From NCBI GenBank assembly GCA_005222975.1, contig NJBI01000028.1, positions 1 through 44,153 on the forward strand: a DNA stretch of 44,153 nucleotides. Direction: 5' to 3'. Source of the DNA: Promethearchaeota archaeon Loki_b31 (GTDB lineage Archaea; Asgardarchaeota; Lokiarchaeia; Sigyniarchaeales; SOKP01). The position numbers were made by a program, and so were the translations under genes. Positions 40,021 to 44,153 of this stretch are shown here, piece after piece. The first letter of the stretch is position 1; each line of letters begins with the position of its first letter. Below the pieces are notes generated by a model. That model was not told where the DNA came from and did not search any database. It saw only the letters and a program-made list of their open reading frames with translations.

Positions 40021-40665
40021 TTAGTCAAATTTTAGCCAAGCTTCACAAGTTCTTAACGCGCTAAATTTTTGTAGTTTTGCGTTAGCTAAATCCACAGCAT
40101 CTTGAGCGATAACGTGTTTTTTGAATCCTGCTTTTTCGAGTTCGTCTACTTTATAAGTAATTGTTGTTATGATTTTAGTTGACATTTTTTCCGTGTATTT
40201 TAAGCTTTTTTCTTTAAGGTTTTTATCGTTTACCTCTAAGGATTTTAATTCGTTAATATATCCCTTTTTATCCAGGTTGTCAAGTTTATATTGGAGGAAA
40301 TCCATAGCTTGCCTGCGCAAAAGAATGGCGTCGTAAATAATCTGCTTATGATCTTTCGAATAAGCAGCAAGAAATATCCCGTAAATAGTGATTCCTGCTA
40401 TGACGAACGCTAAAATTTCTGCTATGAAGCTAAAAACCCAAATTACAATAACAGTACCGTAAAGAATTGGAAAATAAGCAAAAATTACGATGAATAAGCT
40501 AATTATTAAAGCGAATTTTAGTAATGTATTTCTTTTTTTTTCAGTGATATCCCATAGGACGGTGTGTGTTGCTTCGGTATCAATAGAACGATTAAACGCC
40601 ACTTTTATTTTCCCAACGGCAATTTCTTTTAGATCTTCCAACTCGGTTGACTTATTTTCTACCAT
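40021..40665 (-). CDS. Hypothetical membrane protein
   Basis: 214 aa; hydrophobic block of 2-3 TMs followed by a soluble helical domain. Confidence 0.75.
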   Translation of the reverse strand: MVENKSTELEDLKEIAVGKIKVAFNRSIDTEATHTVLWDITEKKRNTLLKFALIISLFIVIFAYFPILYGTVIVIWVFSFIAEILAFVIAGITIYGIFLAAYSKDHKQIIYDAILLRRQAMDFLQYKLDNLDKKGYINELKSLEVNDKNLKEKSLKYTEKMSTKIITTITYKVDELEKAGFKKHVIAQDAVDLANAKLQKFSALRTCEAWLKFD

Positions 40666-40869
40666 TATTATTACATCGTTTTACTCTTGTAGGATTTAAA
40701 AAGATTAGAACTAATAAAGATTTGTCTAATTATTCATAATAGTCTCTAATCGTTTGAATATAGAATTAATGTGATTTCTAAGTTTAATTTATTAGATCTT
40801 CATCAAAGTATTTATATAGAAAATGTTATATAATTTGTGACGATATTTAAAGGCTTTAGAAGAGCTTTT

Positions 40870-42612
40870 ATGTCTAACAAAATTAGAGGATTTCTTATGA
40901 CAATTTTGAAAAATAATAAAAATCTTTCTATAAGCATTTTATTTGCATTATTTGCATTAAGTCTTTGTTTTACATCTTACTCATTTAAAAATAATTCAGA
41001 TACATTTATTCTTCATCCAACAATTAATACAAATGATTCTTTTGAAATTATAAGTGTGGTTGAACCAATCTCTGCTTATGATCCAATTCCCCCTTATTCT
41101 TCTCTAAATGAAACAGTTGTGTTAATAATAGAAAATTCCCTATGGGGGATTAGTGCTGTTCAAACTGCTGTGGATCAATATGAGCAAGATTTAAAGGATA
41201 CAGGTTATACAACTATAAAACACACTAATTCGATTTCAACAGTCCAAAATCTTAAAAATCTTCTTCAATCATGGTACACCAACAATAATTCTGTAGGAGT
41301 TGTCCTTATTGGTAATTTACCGTATGCTCAATATTATCATCCTCCGGGAGGTGATTTCAATGCTGAAACATTTATATGTGATTTATATCTCATGGATATG
41401 GATGGTAATTGGTGGGATCTTAATACTGATGGTGTGTATGATAAGCATAATGCCTCTATAGGAGCTAATATTTATCCTGAGATCTATGTGGGGAGAATTG
41501 ATGCTACAAATAGGGCTTTAGGAGGTCAAACTAATTCACAAAATATAATAACGCTATTAAATAGATTTCATTCCTATAGGATAGGAGGTGTTTCTCGCTC
41601 TCATAGAGCAATTACATACATCGATGATGATTGGCAAGCGTGGGCAGATGGAACTTACGATAATTGGCCTGGATGGTTAGACAATGCTTATTCAAATCGA
41701 ACTGATGTACATACTCCTACAACTGCCACAACTGCAAATGATTGGTTGAATACTAGATTATTACAAGATTATGAATTTGCTCATCTATGTGCTCATAGTG
41801 GAGCTAGTCCAGGTACACACTATTTTGGTCCAGGAGGGAGTGGTGAAGGAACAGTTACTTCAACTCAAATACACACGAAACTAAACGCTCCAGCTTTTAA
41901 CTTTTATAACCTATTTTGCTGTCATGGTGCTGATTGGATTACACAAGATTGTTTGGCAACTACATATTTATTTTCTGGTCCACGGTCTATTTCTGTTCTT
42001 GGGTCAACTAAAACAGGAGGCATGTTAGATGGTGCAGATTTTTATGATAGTTTGGGAAATAACATGACATTTGGAAAAGCACTCGATGATTGGTTTCAAT
42101 CTATGACAACTTATTCTAGTGATTATATTCAATGGTTTTATGGATTGAGTATCTTAGGAGATCCATTTTCAACAATTCATTATGATTGTACAGTTTTAAC
42201 CCCTACAATTTATTCATCTACTCATCCAGCATCTAATCTGTGGAGTTCTAATACGCTCCCCTTATTTAATTGGACTAATCCGAGTGATGTAAATGGTATC
42301 GCTGGATCTTATTATATTATTGACCAAAATCCAGCAACAATTCCTACATCATCAACAGGTAATTTTACTAAATATACAGGAGTTCAAGTTTCATCATCTC
42401 TGTCTGATGGGTCCTGGTATATTCATGTCGTAGCTAAAGACAATGTTGGAAATATTGGCAATACAGCTGATCATTATCAAGTGAATATAGACACCACAGG
42501 ACCAACTCTATCATTAATTTCATTATGGATTCCCATAATATTGTTCCTCATAGCGTTCATTGCTGCTGCTTTCGCTATTGTTTACTTAATTATTAAAAAA
42601 AGAAGATCTTAG
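40870..42612 (+). CDS. Membrane-anchored peptidase C25 (gingipain-like, clan CD) domain protein
   Basis: Signal/TM, GVVLIGNLP, CDLYLMDMDG, PEIYVGRID, His (CAHSG) and Cys (FCCHG), ILGDP; beta-rich Ig-like segment; C-terminal TM plus KKRRS; start uncertain (40837/40870/40897). Confidence 0.75.
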   Translation: MSNKIRGFLMTILKNNKNLSISILFALFALSLCFTSYSFKNNSDTFILHPTINTNDSFEIISVVEPISAYDPIPPYSSLNETVVLIIENSLWGISAVQTAVDQYEQDLKDTGYTTIKHTNSISTVQNLKNLLQSWYTNNNSVGVVLIGNLPYAQYYHPPGGDFNAETFICDLYLMDMDGNWWDLNTDGVYDKHNASIGANIYPEIYVGRIDATNRALGGQTNSQNIITLLNRFHSYRIGGVSRSHRAITYIDDDWQAWADGTYDNWPGWLDNAYSNRTDVHTPTTATTANDWLNTRLLQDYEFAHLCAHSGASPGTHYFGPGGSGEGTVTSTQIHTKLNAPAFNFYNLFCCHGADWITQDCLATTYLFSGPRSISVLGSTKTGGMLDGADFYDSLGNNMTFGKALDDWFQSMTTYSSDYIQWFYGLSILGDPFSTIHYDCTVLTPTIYSSTHPASNLWSSNTLPLFNWTNPSDVNGIAGSYYIIDQNPATIPTSSTGNFTKYTGVQVSSSLSDGSWYIHVVAKDNVGNIGNTADHYQVNIDTTGPTLSLISLWIPIILFLIAFIAAAFAIVYLIIKKRRS

Positions 42613-42789
42613 ATCTTCTATATAAGAAAAAAATTCCAAAAAACATTCCACCTAACATTGGACCTATTCCTATAGCTAAAAAATTACTATAAATACCTAA
42701 ACAATTTCCTCTATTTTTAGAATTTGAGATATCTAAGATCATATTCAATTATTCATGCTGAATATAGTCAGATATCTAATAAATTATGT

Positions 42790-43959
42790 TTACTTTGATT
42801 TCATAAATTTCGCATATTGCCACATTCGGATTAAAACTCGTACACCCTCCTCAGGAAAATAAACAGGTATGCCATGATCTTGTAAATATGCTACAAATTT
42901 CTCTTTTCTTGTATTATAGCAAGTTAATATAATCGGTTTTTTATATTTATTTTTATATTTTATCAGCTCATCAAAAATTGCGATAAAAAACTCTTCCATC
43001 ATATCACCGAAATTCCTCATTGTCTCAACACTCGGATTATTTTTCAGGTAATCTGGAACATTTAATAGATTTTTAAAATATTCAGTTCCCATAAGTCCAT
43101 AAATTATAAGGGAGTCTATCTCATCACTTTTTAATAAGATATCGGGTAACACATTCAGATAATTCTGCATGTCGTCAGAGTAGGTTAAATCAATTGGATT
43201 AATAGTAGAGGCCGTTTCAGGCATCCAAGGTTTTAATTTTTCTTGTAATTCTTCGCTTAATAATGGTACTACCATTCCATTGCTTTCAAATAAATCAGAC
43301 ATTAAGGAACCAGGACCGCCGCCTAATGTTAGAATACCTACTCGATTTCCTTTTAGGAGGGGGAGTGTATCAAAACCATTAAGAAGATTTAACATTTCAA
43401 TACTACTTTTTACTTCAATAGCCCCTGTTTGTTCACAAATTGAATCAATAACAAAACTCGGAGATATAATCGCAGCTGTATGAGATTTTGCTGATCTTGA
43501 ACCAGCTTCAGTTAGACCAATAGGAATTATTACAATAGGTTTTTTTGGATTAATACTTTCAACCATTTCAATAAACTTTTTACCTCTTCGAACAGTTTCA
43601 ATAAATAGACCGATACAGGTTGTATCTTCATCCTCTTCTAAAGCTTCTAAATAATCTACTATATCCGTATTAACCTCATTACCGACCGAAATAATTTTTG
43701 ATATACCTACACCAATTTTGTCGCTAATAGCTATTAAAGGCTGAACAGCAAATGTTCCTGACTGTGAAATTATCGAAACACCTCCTTTTCTGGGGGGCCA
43801 TGGAACATGAGTTATATTTAATAATGGAGCTACAACTTCGCCTGAACAATTTGGACCCATAATTTTAATCCCGTATTTATCAGCAATCTCTTTCATTTTT
43901 TCTTGTCCTTCTTTATTCCCAACTTCCAGGAATCCCCCTGATAAAATAATTACATGTTT
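42790..43959 (-). CDS. Acyl-CoA synthetase (NDP-forming) alpha-type subunit, 5'-truncated
   Basis: KHVIILSGGFLEVG (upstream of ATG 43896), IMGPNC, ISQSG, SVGNE, SHTAA, TLGGGPG, NPIDLT; most of the CoA-binding N-terminus is missing. Confidence 0.85.
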   Translation of the reverse strand, partial: KHVIILSGGFLEVGNKEGQEKMKEIADKYGIKIMGPNCSGEVVAPLLNITHVPWPPRKGGVSIISQSGTFAVQPLIAISDKIGVGISKIISVGNEVNTDIVDYLEALEEDEDTTCIGLFIETVRRGKKFIEMVESINPKKPIVIIPIGLTEAGSRSAKSHTAAIISPSFVIDSICEQTGAIEVKSSIEMLNLLNGFDTLPLLKGNRVGILTLGGGPGSLMSDLFESNGMVVPLLSEELQEKLKPWMPETASTINPIDLTYSDDMQNYLNVLPDILLKSDEIDSLIIYGLMGTEYFKNLLNVPDYLKNNPSVETMRNFGDMMEEFFIAIFDELIKYKNKYKKPIILTCYNTRKEKFVAYLQDHGIPVYFPEEGVRVLIRMWQYAKFMKSK

Positions 43960-43971
43960 TAGAGATAAGTG

Positions 43972-44000
43972 TTGAATAAGACAAATTATCCTGTTATACT
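43972..44000 (+). promoter_or_regulatory. Bacterial sigma70-like promoter
   Basis: TTGAAT-17 bp-TATACT, 17 bp upstream of ATG 44018. Confidence 0.55.
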
Positions 44001-44017
44001 ACTCAAAAGTACAGCCA

Positions 44018-44153
44018 ATGATACGTATTCTATTTATCGACGACGATTCCAAAGCCCACCGGATTCTCCGAATGGTCCTGCCCCGCGAATACCATCTGAT
44101 CTCTACCTATCGGGGCTCCCACGGCATCGAAGCTGTTAGACGGGAGACTCCGG
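44018..44153 (+). CDS. Response regulator receiver domain, partial (GC-rich, foreign)
   Basis: MIRILFIDDDSKAHRILRMVLPREYHLISTYRGSHGIEAVRRETP...; runs off the window end. Confidence 0.8.
   Translation, partial: MIRILFIDDDSKAHRILRMVLPREYHLISTYRGSHGIEAVRRETP

Noticed and set aside
1146-43483. Short antisense or overlapping ORFs in the track (e.g. 1146-1340, 4932-5216, 20113-20361, 25297-25689, 28526-28813, 32204-32542, 32482-32778, 35800-36141, 43280-43483)
   Set aside because: They lie opposite or within well-supported genes and have no motifs; treated as shadow ORFs.

Overview
AT-rich archaeal chromosome segment. The gene content and style (archaeal RFC, TFB, AOR, GrpE/DnaK/DnaJ, many small Zn-ribbon and Lys/Ile-rich hypothetical proteins) fit Asgard archaea, most likely Lokiarchaeia; this assignment is an inference. 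Left to right: Zn-ribbon protein, GNAT, a three-gene RFC clamp-loader cluster with one Walker-B-degenerate small subunit, ECF S component, enoyl-CoA hydratase and pepT. Next is a ~5.4 kb integrase-free island (SWIM protein plus a coupled two-gene cassette ending in a Zn-ribbon-repeat PD-(D/E)xK-type nuclease). It is bracketed by two diverged copies of the 3' end of an MFS gene; the orphan copy at 7816-7998 is missing from the ORF track. Then come MFS/PadR with a perfect 19-bp palindrome, a membrane alpha/beta hydrolase, a coiled-coil-wHTH protein, a FAD-oxidoreductase x2/CCG Fe-S/SCP2-like/tocopherol-cyclase-like cluster, an MBL hydrolase, an aldo-keto reductase, a frameshifted membrane gene, a grpE-dnaK-dnaJ-tfb cluster with an upstream palindrome, pyruvate kinase, a frameshifted AOR, an unannotated 47-aa Zn-finger, an RNase J-like beta-CASP protein, a candidate 120-nt structured element and a C25 (gingipain-like) surface peptidase. 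The window ends in a 5'-truncated acyl-CoA synthetase joined abruptly to GC-rich bacterial-looking DNA, probably an assembly chimera. No rRNA, tRNA or CRISPR array was seen.
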